A DNA stretch of 64,000 bases from NCBI GenBank assembly GCA_000004695.1, contig CM000155.2, positions 1,408,001-1,472,000 of the forward strand, read 5' to 3'. The DNA is from Dictyostelium discoideum (taxonomy: Eukaryota). Position numbers and translations under genes: made by a program. The stretch's first letter is position 1; each line of letters starts with the position of its first letter. This document shows positions 47,854 through 63,917 of this stretch, piece after piece. The notes under the pieces are model-generated. The model was not told the DNA's origin, made no database searches, and was given only the letters and a program-made list of their open reading frames with translations.

Positions 47854-48942
47854 TTTATAATTCTTTATATTAACCTAAAAATAAAAAAAACATTAAAAAA
47901 AAAAAAAAAAAAAAAGTTTTATTGATTAAAAATTAAAAAAATATTTAAAAAAAAAAAAAAAAAAATCTTTGATCAAAAAAATTTTCAAAAAAAAAAAAAA
48001 ACACCAATTCTTTGAAAATTTTTAAAAAAAGATATTTTGAGAAAAAAAAAAAGTTGGTTGTTATGAAATTTTTGCAGTTATATGTTTTATACCTATTTAA
48101 TATTAACGAAGGTATTTTAGTGGGTAATTTTATATTTCTTTTTTTCTTTTCTTCATTTTTTTTTTTATTTTTTTTAATTTTATCAAAAATAGTCAGTTAC
48201 CAAAAATCGATATTATTTAAATAATTTTTCTGTTTTTTAAAACTTTCACTTTTTTTTTTTTTTATAAATATTTTGTGTCTTTTATTTTGTCTACTGAAAT
48301 TAGCGTTTGAAATTATCTGTATCGTTCATAAAAAAAAAAAAAAGAAAAAGTTCGAAGTCAACAATTAAATAAATAGATTTATAAATATTAAATAAACAAT
48401 ATAAAAAAACAAAAATTAAAAAATAACTTCAATGAATATAGATTATTTTGAAATAAAAAAACTGATTTTGATAACAAATAGTAAAAACCATAATAAAAAT
48501 AAAAACTTAAAGGTGAAAAAAAAAAAAAAGAAAAAAGAATTAAACCTGTGGGATATAAAAAAAAAAAGAAAAAAAAAGAAAAAGAAAAAGAGTAAATTAA
48601 TAATTCATAAATAAAAAAATAAATATCTTAGAATTTTATTTTTTTTTATTTTTTTTTTTTTTTAATTGTTGAAAATTTTTACTTTTTATATTTGAGATTT
48701 AAAATTATGTTTATGAGTTTTTCAATCGACATTAAAAACTCACCACGTGGCTTTTTCCCACCAAGGTGAGAAAAGTTTAATTATATAAACATAAATTATT
48801 TTAGTTTGTGAGCGAGATTGTATCTAATTTAATATCTTGATAAAACATAATTTTATTGTAACAATTTAATTATTACATAATTATATTACAACAGCAGGAG
48901 TGGGGAAATATTTTAATTTATCGCTATTTTTTTTTTTATTTA

Positions 48943-49100
48943 AAATTGATTGGTGCTACATTGACAGGATTTTACCCCCTTAGGGAAATTCAAAAAAAAA
49001 AATTTGTATGGGGAAACTACCCCTTCCCCCTTTTTTTTTTATACAAAATTGGTTGTGTTACATTCGCAGGTTTCAATATAAGACCCCCTTAGGAAATGCC
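48943..49100. repeat. two copies of a roughly 55-bp direct repeat ending in CCCCCTTAGG, plus a third partial copy at about 49300-49316
   Basis: Copy A is AAATTGATTGGTGCTACATTGACAGGATTTTACCCCCCTTAGGGAAATTC. Copy B is AAATTGGTTGTGTTACATTCGCAGGTTTCAATATAAGACCCCCTTAGGAAATGCC. The partial copy is CACCCCCTTAGGATTAAATC. The C-rich motif is conspicuous in an A/T-rich intergenic region. Confidence 0.7.
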
Positions 49101-49513
49101 TCCCTCCTGTTTTTAAAATTTTTTTGGTTGCGAAATTTTTTATTTTTTTTTTTTTATTTTTTTATTTTTTATTTTTTTTTTTTTTTTTTTTTCAAGACTA
49201 CCATTTGTGGTGTTTGGGTGTAAAAATTTCAGTATAAAAGTGTTAAAAAGAAATTTATGCGGCGCTGGCCAATCAGCCAAAAATTTTTTTTTTTTTTTAT
49301 TTTCCACCCCCTTAGGATTAAATCACCATTTTTGATTTTTTTTTTTTTATTTTTTTCCAATTTTTTTTACACAATTTTTTTTACAATTTTTTTTTTCCAG
49401 TTTATATTTTTTTCTATAAATTTTTTTTTTTTTCCCAATTTATTTTTTTTTCCATCAAATCAAACAAACCCTTTTGGATAATAATAAAAACATTATACCA
49501 AATTTTAAATAAT

Positions 49514-52233
<2,720 letters not shown>

Positions 52234-53421
52234 ATATTGCGTTCACAACAAGAGGCGATATTTATTTAACATCAATGGCAACTTATTCATCCATTGAAGT
52301 TGAACCACCAATTGAAACTCCAACTCTATCACCAACTAAAACTCCAACTGAAACTCCAACACAATCACCAACTGAATCACCAACTCTATCACCTACTGGA
52401 TCACCAACTGAATCACCAACACTATCACCAACTCTATCACCAACCGAAACACCAACTCAAACACCATCTGAAACACCAACTCAAACACCAACTCTATCAC
52501 CAATTTAAACACCAACTGAAACAGATTCAACTCCCATTTCTTTCCGAGAAATTAAAATAAAAAATAAATAAATAAAAAGAACCTTTTTATTCAATACAAG
52601 CATTAATCAATATAATTGTAATTTGAAATATTATTTTATATTAAATTAAATATGAATTTTAATTCAATTGGAGAATCTCTTGAATTAATTGATGTTATTT
52701 TAAAATTCTTTAAAGATTTACTTGTAACTAATTATTGAATTTATCATTTGATTTAATTCTGATTTGATGTTATCTGTATTACCAAAATCTGATTTAATAC
52801 ATTGGAAACTGAAAAATCCCATTCGATAAGTTTGATAATATTTGAAATGAATTAATTGGTATTGTAATTGAATGTAAATTTTCAAATTGATTAACTGTGA
52901 TTAAATGGAGTGGTTCAACGAAACCCTCATCTTCAAGTTCATTTTCTACTTTAATTGATTCAACTTGTTGACCTGAATTATCCGGATCGAATAATGTTGA
53001 ATAATTGAAATGTTTTGAAAATCACAAACAACATCAGACCCATCATAAATTATATTTTTAGTTTTGAATATCTTTAATGATTCTTTATCTTCATCAATAT
53101 GATCATCATCCTCCCCTTTTCTTAATTTTTTTTTTTTTTTATATAATTAAATTAAATATAAATAAATAAAAATTAATAAATAAAAAAAAAAATTATATAA
53201 CACCGCACAAAAAAAAATACATATTAATTTTAGAAAAAAAAAAAAAAAAAATAGGAAAGATTTTTTTCGAATTGTTGTGAATTGTAATGAATTGTAACGA
53301 ATTGAATTGAATTTTGGATGGTAAATCAATGTTGGGGGATATGTTGCGTATTTTTTTATTTTTTTATTTTTTTATTTTTTATATATAAAATTTATTTTGT
53401 GGTTTTCTACTATTTATTTTA

Positions 53422-53452
<31 letters not shown>

Positions 53453-53819
53453 GTCCATATTTCATCCAAAAAAAGAAAATAATAAAGAGGGCCACAGCCG
53501 ATTAAATTAATTATTTGAAAGTTGCCGTACCGTTATGATTTTTTTTTTTTTTTTTAAAATTTTATTTTTTTTTAAATTTTATTTTTTTTAAATTTAATTT
53601 TTTTTCCTTTTTTTTTTTTTCCTTTTTTTTTTAACTTCCGGAAAAAATTTGCCTTTGCCTTTCAACCCAAAAAAAAAAAAAAAAAAAAAAAAAAATTAAA
53701 GGGTTTTTTTTATAAAGTTATTATAAAATTAAAAATTTTATTTTTTAAAATTTTTTTTAAAAATTTTTATTTAAAAAATTAAAATACTTATTTTTAAACC
53801 AAAAAAAAAAAACTTTTGG

Positions 53820-53852
<33 letters not shown>

Positions 53853-55157
53853 AAACCAAAAAAAAAAAAAGCAAAAATTGGACACAATCAAAAACTCAAA
53901 AAAAAAAAAAAAGGATGATTAGAAATTGAAAAAACTATATGTCATTGAAAAGAGAAAATAGAATTATAATTAATAACAATAATAAATAATAAATAATAAT
54001 AATAGTAATAATAATAATAATAATAATAATAGCAATAATAAATAATAAATAATAATAAATAATAAGTATGTGATTAGAAAAAAAAAAAAGCCATTGGCCT
54101 TTTATCATTTTTTTTTTTGTATATTTATTTGTTTATTTATAATTTTTTTTTTTTTTTCATTCTTTGTTTTTGTTAAAAATCTCACCACATTGTTACAATA
54201 ATCAACAATTGGATTAATCAATTTTTGATGATAATGGAAAGAATTGGATTTTAATTTTAAATTTACTTTAAAATTATTGAAATATACTCGAAATAACTCA
54301 ATCACTTTACATGGGAAGGATTCTGTGTTGGTTAATTTTTAAAAAAAAGAAAAAAAAAGAAAAGAAAAAAAAAAAGAAAAAAAAAAAAAAAAAAACTGCT
54401 TTGTGGTGGTAGTGGTATCACAACAAAATGATGATCGATGTGTGGTCTTTCATTTGCATTTTTTTTTTTTTTATTCATTTTTTTTTTTTTTATGAAAATT
54501 TAAATGTGCTTCTATTTCAAAATACAAACCCTTTTTTTAGGGTTAGGTTATCATATTAATTTACAATAATAACTCATTTATGGTAAAGCTCATCATTAAT
54601 AAAAATAATAATGATAATAATAATTAATATTAATCGAAACATAGAACAAACCCACACAATTTCACAACACAACAACAAATTAAAAAATTATTAAAAGTAA
54701 ATTAAAATATAAATAAAAAAAATAAAACAAAATAAAAAAAAAATAAAAATAAAAAAACAAAAACAAAAATAATAACAACAACAACAATAACAACACAACA
54801 AACACAAAACTCTTTGATTGTATTTTTTTTTTTTTTTAAATTTTTATTTTTTTAATTTTATTATTTTCCACACCTCTCTTTATTTATACATTTTCAATTA
54901 ACTAAAAGATAAAATAAATTATAATAAAAAAAAGTGAATTTAATTTATTTTTAATTTATTTTTATTTTTTTATTTTTTATTTTTATATACAAAGAACCTT
55001 TAACTAAATAAAGGGTATATTTGCTGTTTTTTTATTTTTATTTTTATTTTTATTTTTATTTTTTTTTTTTTTTTAAACATTTTTTTTTTTTTTTAATTTA
55101 TTTATTGATAATCACTTACTTAAATCAACATAATATTATTTATTTATTTATTTATTT

Positions 55158-55197
<40 letters not shown>

Positions 55198-55416
55198 TAT
55201 CTATATCTAATTAATGCAATATAATTAATATATTTTTATTAATAATATTTTTTATATTTATTTTGTAAAACAGAACGATTTAATAAAAGATTTAAAAAAA
55301 AAGTAAAAAAACATAAATAACAACAAAATAAAATAAAAAGAAAGCAAAAAAAAAAAAAAAAAAAATTAGTAAAATCAAAAAAGAGATAACAAAAGAAATT
55401 ACAAAATATTAAGTAT

Positions 55417-55459
<43 letters not shown>

Positions 55460-55618
55460 CAATCTCGAGATCATTAAAATTAAAACAGTTGTGGTAGAAG
55501 TATTGATATTAATAATAATTTTAATTTTTTAAGTAGAGGTGTGTGTGCGTACTAAAATAGTACTAGTGGTGGTAGTAGTAGTAGTAGCAGCAGTAATAAA
55601 TAAATTAAAAATAGTAAA

Positions 55619-56097
55619 ATGAAACATTTAGAAGGAGATATAGTTTGGGTACCTCATACTGTAAACGGTTATTGTAGGGGTAAAATTATAGGGTATAATG
55701 AAAAGAATCAAGTTACTGTAAGATTATTAGAGTTAAATGAAGAAATTAAAATCAATGAACAATTAATACAGAATTATAATCAATCAGATGATAAAGATTT
55801 CAGTGATATGGTTGAGATTCAAGATTTATCTGAAGCTATCATTTTAAATAATTTAGGATTAAGATATAAATCTGACCAAATTTATGTATGTGTGTCTTAA
55901 ATCTTTCGACAACAACAATATAAATTATTTATGTTTTTATAAAATTTATTTTTTATTTTATTTTATTTTATATTTTTCAATTTTAAAATCATTATTATTT
56001 TTATTTTATAAAATCTTAATAATGTCAAAAAATAAAATAAAATAAAATAAATTTATATACATCATTAAAAATATTATCTCATGACCACTACCCCCCC

Positions 56098-56138
<41 letters not shown>

Positions 56139-59100
56139 TAGAATCCACACATACATACATACACACACACATAAGAAATCAAAAAATCAAACTAACTAAC
56201 CTACTTTTTTTTTTTTTATGATATAATATCTAACACACACCACACAAAAAAAAAAAAAAAAAAAACCCCAATACCAATTAATTTTATCATTATTAATCAT
56301 ATTTTATTTTACTAAAAAAAACAAAACAATTTTTTTTTTTTTTTTTTTTTAAAACATAATTTTAATAATATTATTTGTATTGTTATTTACCTTTTGTTTT
56401 GTTTTGTTGTTTTGTTTTGTTTGTTTTGTTTTGTTTTTTTTTTTTTTTTTTTAAAAAAAAAAACTTTTTATTTTTTATTTTTTATTTTTTTGTAATTACA
56501 TTATTATTTTAGACATATATTGGGAATGTTTTAATTTCAATTAATCCATATAAAGAGATTAAAGATATATATAGTTTAAATATATTGAATAAATATAAGG
56601 ATATAAATACAATTAAATCAAATCCGCCACACATATATGCAGTGGCACTAAGAGCTTATCAATCAATGGTATCAGAGAAAAAGAATCAATCAATTATAAT
56701 TAGTGGTGAATCTGGTTCAGGTAAAACTGAAGCTTCAAAAACAATTTTACAATATTTAATTAATACAAGTAATAGTAATAGTAATAATAATACAAATATA
56801 AATAATAATAATAATTCAATTGAAAAAGATATTTTAAATTCAAATCCAATTTTAGAAGCATTTGGTAATTCTAGGACAACAAAGAATCATAATTCAAGTA
56901 GATTTGGTAAATTTTTAAAGATTGAATTTAGATCAAGTGATATGAAAATTGATGGAGCCTCTATTGAAACCTATCTATTGGAGAAATCAAGAATATCACA
57001 TAGACCCGATGTAAATAATTTAAGTTATCATATATTCTATTATTTGGTAATGGGAGCAAGTAAAGAAGAGAGAGAAAGATTAGGACTTGATAATGATCCA
57101 TCGAAATATCGATATTTAGATGCATCCACTTCTGTAATTGAATCATTTAAAAAGCAATCCAATGGTGGTAGTGGTGGTGGCAGTGGCAATAATGATCTAT
57201 CAGAATCATTACAATTAGTTAAACAATCATTAGAATCAATGTCAATTGCAAAGGAACAATGTGATGATATCTTTTTAACATTGGCAGCAATTCTTCATTT
57301 AGGTAATATTGAATTTGAAGTCGATCAAACAGAGAACGAACAAACTAGTGGATTTTCAAAGATATCGGAACAGAAAGCATCCGTAAAGAAATCATTATCA
57401 ATGGTATCAAAGTTATTGGGTTATCCTGAACAAGTTTTTAAACAAACTCTATTGAATAGAAATCTGAAAGGTGGTGGTAGAGGATCAGTCTATTGTAGAC
57501 CGATGGAAGTTTATCAATCTGAACAAACTAGAGATGCTCTATCGAAAGCATTATACGTTAGATTATTCGCATCCATAGTTGAAAAGATTAATGTTAAATT
57601 CATACAAAATACAGGTTCAAAAGATTTACAAGGTGGTTACTCATCGAAAAGGAATAATCTATTCATTGGTGTATTGGATATCTTTGGTTTCGAGAATTTA
57701 TCAAGCAATTCATTGGATCAATTATTAATCAATTTCACCAATGAGAAATTACAACAACAATTCAATTTAAATGTTTTTGAGAATGAACAAAAAGATTACC
57801 TACAAGAGGGTATACCTTGGAGTACTTCAAATTTCATTGATAACAAAGAGTGCATTGAATTGTTCGAAAAGAAATCCTATGGTCTTCTATCATTATTGGA
57901 TGATGAATGTATGATGCCAAAAGGTTCAGAAGTAACTCTATTGGAGAAATATAATAAACAATATCACAATACCAATCAATACTATCAAAGAACCCTTGCA
58001 AAAGGTACACTTGGTATTAAACATTTCGCTGGTGATGTAACTTATCAAACTGATGGTTGGTTAGAAAAGAATAGAGATTCAATACCAACTGAAGTTGAAC
58101 AATTATTATCAGCTTCTTCAAATAATTTAATAAAATCTTTATTTAATTTAAAAGAATTAAATAAATCAAATGATAATAATTCAAATAATAATAATTCAAA
58201 TAATAATTCATCATCATCATCATCATCACAATCAACTGCATCGATAACAGCAAAAGCATCACCACCAAGAGAAAGATTTAATAGTGGTAGTGGTAGTGGT
58301 ACAACAAGCCCATTAAATTTAAGTGGTAGTAGTAGTCCATTAAGTGGTAGTGGTAGTTATTCAATAATAGGTGGTAATAGTAATAGTAATAGTAATAATA
58401 ATAATTCAAGTAATAATAAAAAATCTCAAAGTGTATCAGTAGCAGGTCAATTTATAGAACAATTAAATAAATTAATTTCAACAATAAATTCAACATCGGT
58501 TCATTATATAAGATGTATTAAACCAAATGTAACAATGGATTGTAATAATTTTAATAATTCTCATGTATTATCACAACTAAGAAATGTTGGTGTACTTAAT
58601 ACTGTTAAAGTTAGAAAAATGGGTTATTCTTATAGAAGAGATTTCATTCAATTTTATTCAAGATATAATTGTATTTTAAATTCATTAAATATTAAAATTA
58701 ATTTAACAAATATTAATCATTCAAATTTATGTAAAGAAATTTTAGAAAATGTAAATAGTCAATATAAAAATAATAATAATAATAAAAATAATAATAATCA
58801 AATTGTAAAAATAACAACAAATTCAAAACCAACATTTCAAATTGGTAAAACTAAAATATTTATATCTGATGAATTATATATTTATTTGGAGAAAAAAAGA
58901 TATGATAGTTTGGTTGATTCAGTTTTAAAGATTCAAGCATTCTTTAAAATGATTAAAATTAGAAATCAATATAAAAGAAATAAAGAATCTTCACTTTTCT
59001 TACAAACTCTAATAAGAGCTCAAAGAGCTAAAAAAGATTTTGAACAATTGGTAATACTTGAAAATAAAAGAAAAGAAGAAGAACGTAAAAAAGAATTGGA

Positions 59101-61554
59101 AAGACAAAGAAAGGAGGAAGAAGAACGTCAAAAGGAATTGGAAAGACAAAGAAGAGAAGAAGAGAAAGAATTGGAAAGAAAAAGAAAAGAGGAAGAAAGA
59201 GAATTAGAAAGACAAAGAAAAGAAGAAGAGAAAGAACAAGAAAGAAAAAGAAAAGAGGAAGAAAAAGAACAAGAAAGAAAGAAAAAAGAAGAAAAAGAAA
59301 TTGAAAAGAAAAGAAAAGAAGAAGAAAAAAAGAAAAAGAAAAACGAGCAAAATCTATCTCTTCCTTCACTCGATATAACAAATTCACCATCTTTAATAAA
59401 TACCACTACAACTACGACAACAACAACAACAACAACAACAAATACTTCATCACCTCCATTATCGCCACCAATTTCACCAAGACCATCAACACCATCATCA
59501 ACCTCATCATCATCATCAACAACATCATCACCATCAACTAAAAAACAACTTTTATTCAAATTTAATAGTATTTCAAATTTACTTTCAAAATCACTTCATG
59601 GTAGTAGTCATAGTGATAAAAATTCAAAAGAAGATAATAATAGTAATAATAATAATAATGGTGATTCAACAATAATTTTATCATCAGATTCAAGTTTTGG
59701 ACAACCAACACCAAAAGCAACTTCAACACCAACTCCACCACCTCCACCACCATTAAAAACTCAACCAGTACCAATTTCATCAGGTGTTGAAAATAATTCA
59801 TCACCAAATTTATGGAGTCATAGAAATTCACCAAATTTCAATGGATTGGTAAGAGAGAAATCAAGAGCTAGAATTGGCAGATTAACTATTAGATCCGCTT
59901 CACCATTGGATTTAACTTATTTACCTGATCCATCAAAAAATGAAGGTTCACCTCAATTCACATCACAATCATTGGATTTTACACCAAATATACCACCAAT
60001 TATTACAAATAGCATCGTTGAGCAACAATCATCACTTAGTGGAATAAATAAACCAATTCCACAAAGAACTATATCATCAAGTGAAAATTCACCATTATCA
60101 AGAGCCAATTCTTCAATATCATCCTCATTATTAATATTAACACCAACATTAACATCATTATCAACATCAACTACACCATCAACACCAACAACACCAAAAA
60201 CACCAACAACTCTATCATCATCATCAGTATCAACATCAACTTCATTATCATCAGTATCATCATCAGTATCATCATCATCATCATCATCAATTCCAACACC
60301 AATTATTGAAAGTACACCATCAAATTCTAATGAAGATTTAATTACAACATTATCATCACCAATATCAACTGGTCATACTGGAGAAAGTATTGAAGAAAAG
60401 AATAAAAGATTTAGAATTAAAATTATAAATGAATTAATTGAAACTGAGAGAGATTACGTTCGTGATTTAAATATTGTTGTTGAAGTTTTCCTTAACCCAA
60501 TTAGAGAGAAACAATTATTATCAGCTAAAGATATCAATTCATTATTTTCAAATATTGAAATTTTATTCTCAATCAATATGAATGTTTTGAAAGCATTGGA
60601 AAAGGATAAGGATCCATTATGTGAAAATATTAGTGTTGGTCAAACCTTTTTAGATATGTCACATTATTTGAAAATGTATACCACCTATTGTTCCAATCAA
60701 CAAAATGCTCTAAAGATCTTGGAAGAGGAGAAAATAAAGAATCAACCATTCAGAGAGTATTTGGAATTCTGTATGAATGATTCAGTTTGTAGAGGCTTAC
60801 CATTGAATAGTTTCATCATTAAACCAGTTCAAAGAATTTGTAAATATCCATTACTCATAAAGGAAACCATTAAATTCACACCAAATGATCATCCTGATAA
60901 ACCTGCCCTCGAAGAGGTTGATAAGAAAATCTCTGATATCGTTCAATCTATCAATGAGGCAAAAAGAACTTTGGAATTGTTTCAAAAGATTGTTGACCTT
61001 CAAAATTCAATCGATGGTCTTGAAGATACAAATCTCATGGAACAAGGTAGAACTTTATTGATGGAAGGTACTGTTTCAGCTGTTAAAGAATTAAATTCTG
61101 AAGATTCCCTATCTAGAACCTTATTTTTATTCAATAATTTAATTTTAATTTGTTCTTTTGGTACAAATGTTTTATCAACTGCAATTAATCAATTTAAAAC
61201 TAAAAAATTAAAATTAAAAGCTAAAATTCCAATTTCAGATTCAAGATTAATTTTCGTTTCTGATACTGATTGTAAGTTTTTATTTTTTTTAATTATTTTT
61301 TTTATTAAAAATAGAAAACATGGTTTTCAAAATATTAATTATTATTTTTTATTATTAATTTTATAGCTGTAAAATATGCATTAGAAATTGTAAATATTAA
61401 AGAAGATTCAAATTATATTTTATGTTTTAATAATGATCAAGATCGTAGTAAATGGTTTAAACAAATTAAAGCATTGATTCAAGAACAAAAATTGTCAAAT
61501 GCAAAGAAAGCTGCAACAATTGGTAATTCAAGATTGATTCAAACAACCTCATAA
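55619..61554 (+). CDS. myoM: unconventional myosin MyoM: a myosin motor with IQ/coiled-coil, Ser/Thr/Pro-rich linker and a RhoGEF DH-PH tail. Proposed exons: 55619..55885, 56513..61271 and 61367..61554.
   Basis: Exon 1 is the myosin N-terminal SH3-like domain (MKHLEGDIVWVPHTVNGYCRGKIIGYNEKNQVTVRLLELNEEIKINEQ...DMVEIQDLSEAIILNNLGLRYKSDQIY) and ends at GTATGT. A 627-nt intron follows. Exon 2 follows acceptor TTATTTTAG and reads TYIGNVLISINPYKEIKDIY...P-loop GESGSGKTEASK...switch LDIFGFE...converter/IQ. Then comes a charged coiled coil (ELERQRKEEE x n), a long S/T/P-rich region, and a DH domain (IINELIETERDYVRDLNIVVEVFLNPI...FIIKPVQRICKYPLLIKE) that begins a PH domain. Donor GTAAGT 61272 and acceptor TTTTATAG 61366 lead to exon 3, which completes the PH domain (SVKYALEIVNIKEDSNYILCFNNDQDRSKWFKQIKALIQEQK...). 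A myosin/RhoGEF fusion is the known signature of Dictyostelium MyoM. Confidence 0.9.
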
Positions 61555-62903
61555 TAAATATAAATAAAGTCTTTTGTATCCATTTATTTATTTATTAAAA
61601 ATAATTTTTTTTTTTTTTTTTATTGTGAAAATCATTCAAATAAAGTTTCAAACTTTTCAAAATTTGAAAATGGTTCATATAAAATATTTATAATCACAAA
61701 CTTGGGAAAATGATTCTTTTAATATTTTTTTTTTTTTTTTTTTTAATCTTCACTACTTTTAATTTTACACTCAAATATATCAATTATTTTTGAAGGATAG
61801 AATTCATTTTGTTTTAAAAAGAAGAAAAAAAATAATAATAATAAATTAATTGGTTTTTGAAAGGTTCATTAAATTTAGTTTGTGTTAGGTCAAAATAAAC
61901 TATAATAATTTATTTTTTAAAACACATAATAATTAAATTATAAATTTTTTTTTTTAAACACACAATAATTAAATATATTTTTTTAATTTTTTTTTTTTTA
62001 AAATTGACAGTTAACTTTTTTTTATTTATATAATCATTTTTTTGTGTATAATTATAGAGAGGTAAAAATATTATTTTAAAATTACATCATATAATTTGAT
62101 ATCCAATATCAATTATGATATTATAAATTTGATTTTAAAAATTAAATATTAATATTAATATTAATAAAATAATTTGTTATTTTTAAAATTATTTTTGAAA
62201 TTATTTGAATTAATTAATTGATTAAAATTGTTGTTTTTACACTTTTTTATTTAAATTTATATGTGAATTTCAAAATAAAAGATGATTTCCATCTGTTATT
62301 CTGGTATTTTTAAAAAGTAAAAATTAAAAAAATAAAAAAATTTAAAAAAAATAAAATAAAAAACAAAAAAAGATGATACAATAAATTTAAAAAACCTTTG
62401 ATTCCAAAGTGGATAATCAATAAAGATAATTTTCATTATAATCTTTAGCTAATTATGTTCATCGGTTATTAAATTTATTATTTTAAATTATATTGATATT
62501 TTTTTTAGATTTTTTTTTTTTCTTTTAATCAATCTTTAATAAAGAATAAAAAAATTAAAAAAAAAGAGAAAAATCATACAATTTTTGAAAATGATTTAAT
62601 TTTATATTATTGATATTTATTATTATTTTTTTTTATTTATTTTATTTAATATTTTTTTTTTTTGGGATTTAAGATTTCCTTGTTAATTAAATTTAAATAA
62701 ATGAATAGATAATTTCAATGTAGCACATTTCAAAGATTACAAATTATATGCTATTTTTAGTATTTGGTAAGAGTACTTACCTATTTCACCACAAATTACA
62801 TTACACCACTACTACCACCACCACCACCACCACCACAATTTTTGAGTTAATTAGTTATTAAATCATAATTTTATATTAAAAAAAAAAAAAACTTCAATTC
62901 ACA

Positions 62904-62942
<39 letters not shown>

Positions 62943-63613
62943 TCGAAGTGTGGTAGGGGTGTGGTTTGTGGAACTACTTCAGAAACTTGTTTTTTTAAAA
63001 ATGAACAGGTGGTGATAATAAATTTAATAACATATAATATTATATAAAATTGTTTAAAAGTGTGTGTGTGTGTGAGTGTGTTTATGTTTTTTAAAATTTT
63101 GTTGGGTTCAAAATAAATTATCATGTGACAGTTATGCGATACCCAGAGAAAAAAAAAAAAAACAAAAAGTAAAAATAGAAACTTCACCCACTTTTGTTAA
63201 TTTATTAAGTACATAAAATAAAAATAATAATAACTATAATAACAATAATTTTAAAAAAAAATAAAAAAATAAAAAAAACAATAAAAAAAAAAAAAAAAAA
63301 ACATACAACATTAAAAATAAAATTAATAAAATATTTGTTGGACAATACAAAACACAAAAAAATTCATTTGTATTTTTATTTAAATTATATTATTTTTTTC
63401 TCAAAAATTAAAAATAAAAATTAATAATTAAATACTCATAATACTTAAAATTATAAGTGAAAATAAATAAATATATTTATTTGTCTTTCATTGATTTTTT
63501 TTTTAGTTTTTTTTTTAAACCTTTTAAATTCTTTTTTATTTATATTTTAATTCTTTTTTTTTTTTTTTTTTTTTTTATATATAAAAATAAATTTTAAATA
63601 AAACCTAAAAATA

Positions 63614-63886
63614 ATGGGTAAAATTATAAATCTATGTGTTTTGGGAGCTTCTTATACAGGAAAAACATGTGTTATTAATGTATGTATTACAAATTACAAA
63701 AATAAAAATAAAAATAAAAATAAAAAAATCTAGATTTTTTAACAAAAGATTTACGAATATAGACATTTTTAAATTCATATTTTGATGAAGAATATTATCC
63801 AACTATCGAAAATAAATCAAGTAAAATATTTTTATATGATAAAATTTTATATAATTTAAATATATATGATACTGGTATGTAAAAAT

Positions 63887-63917
<31 letters not shown>

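Noticed and set aside
59028-59834. minus-strand ORFs inside myoM (59028..59390, 59128..59559, 59562..59834)
   Set aside because: They are antisense to the GAA/AAG-rich coiled-coil and Ser/Thr-rich segments of myoM. They are compositional artefacts.
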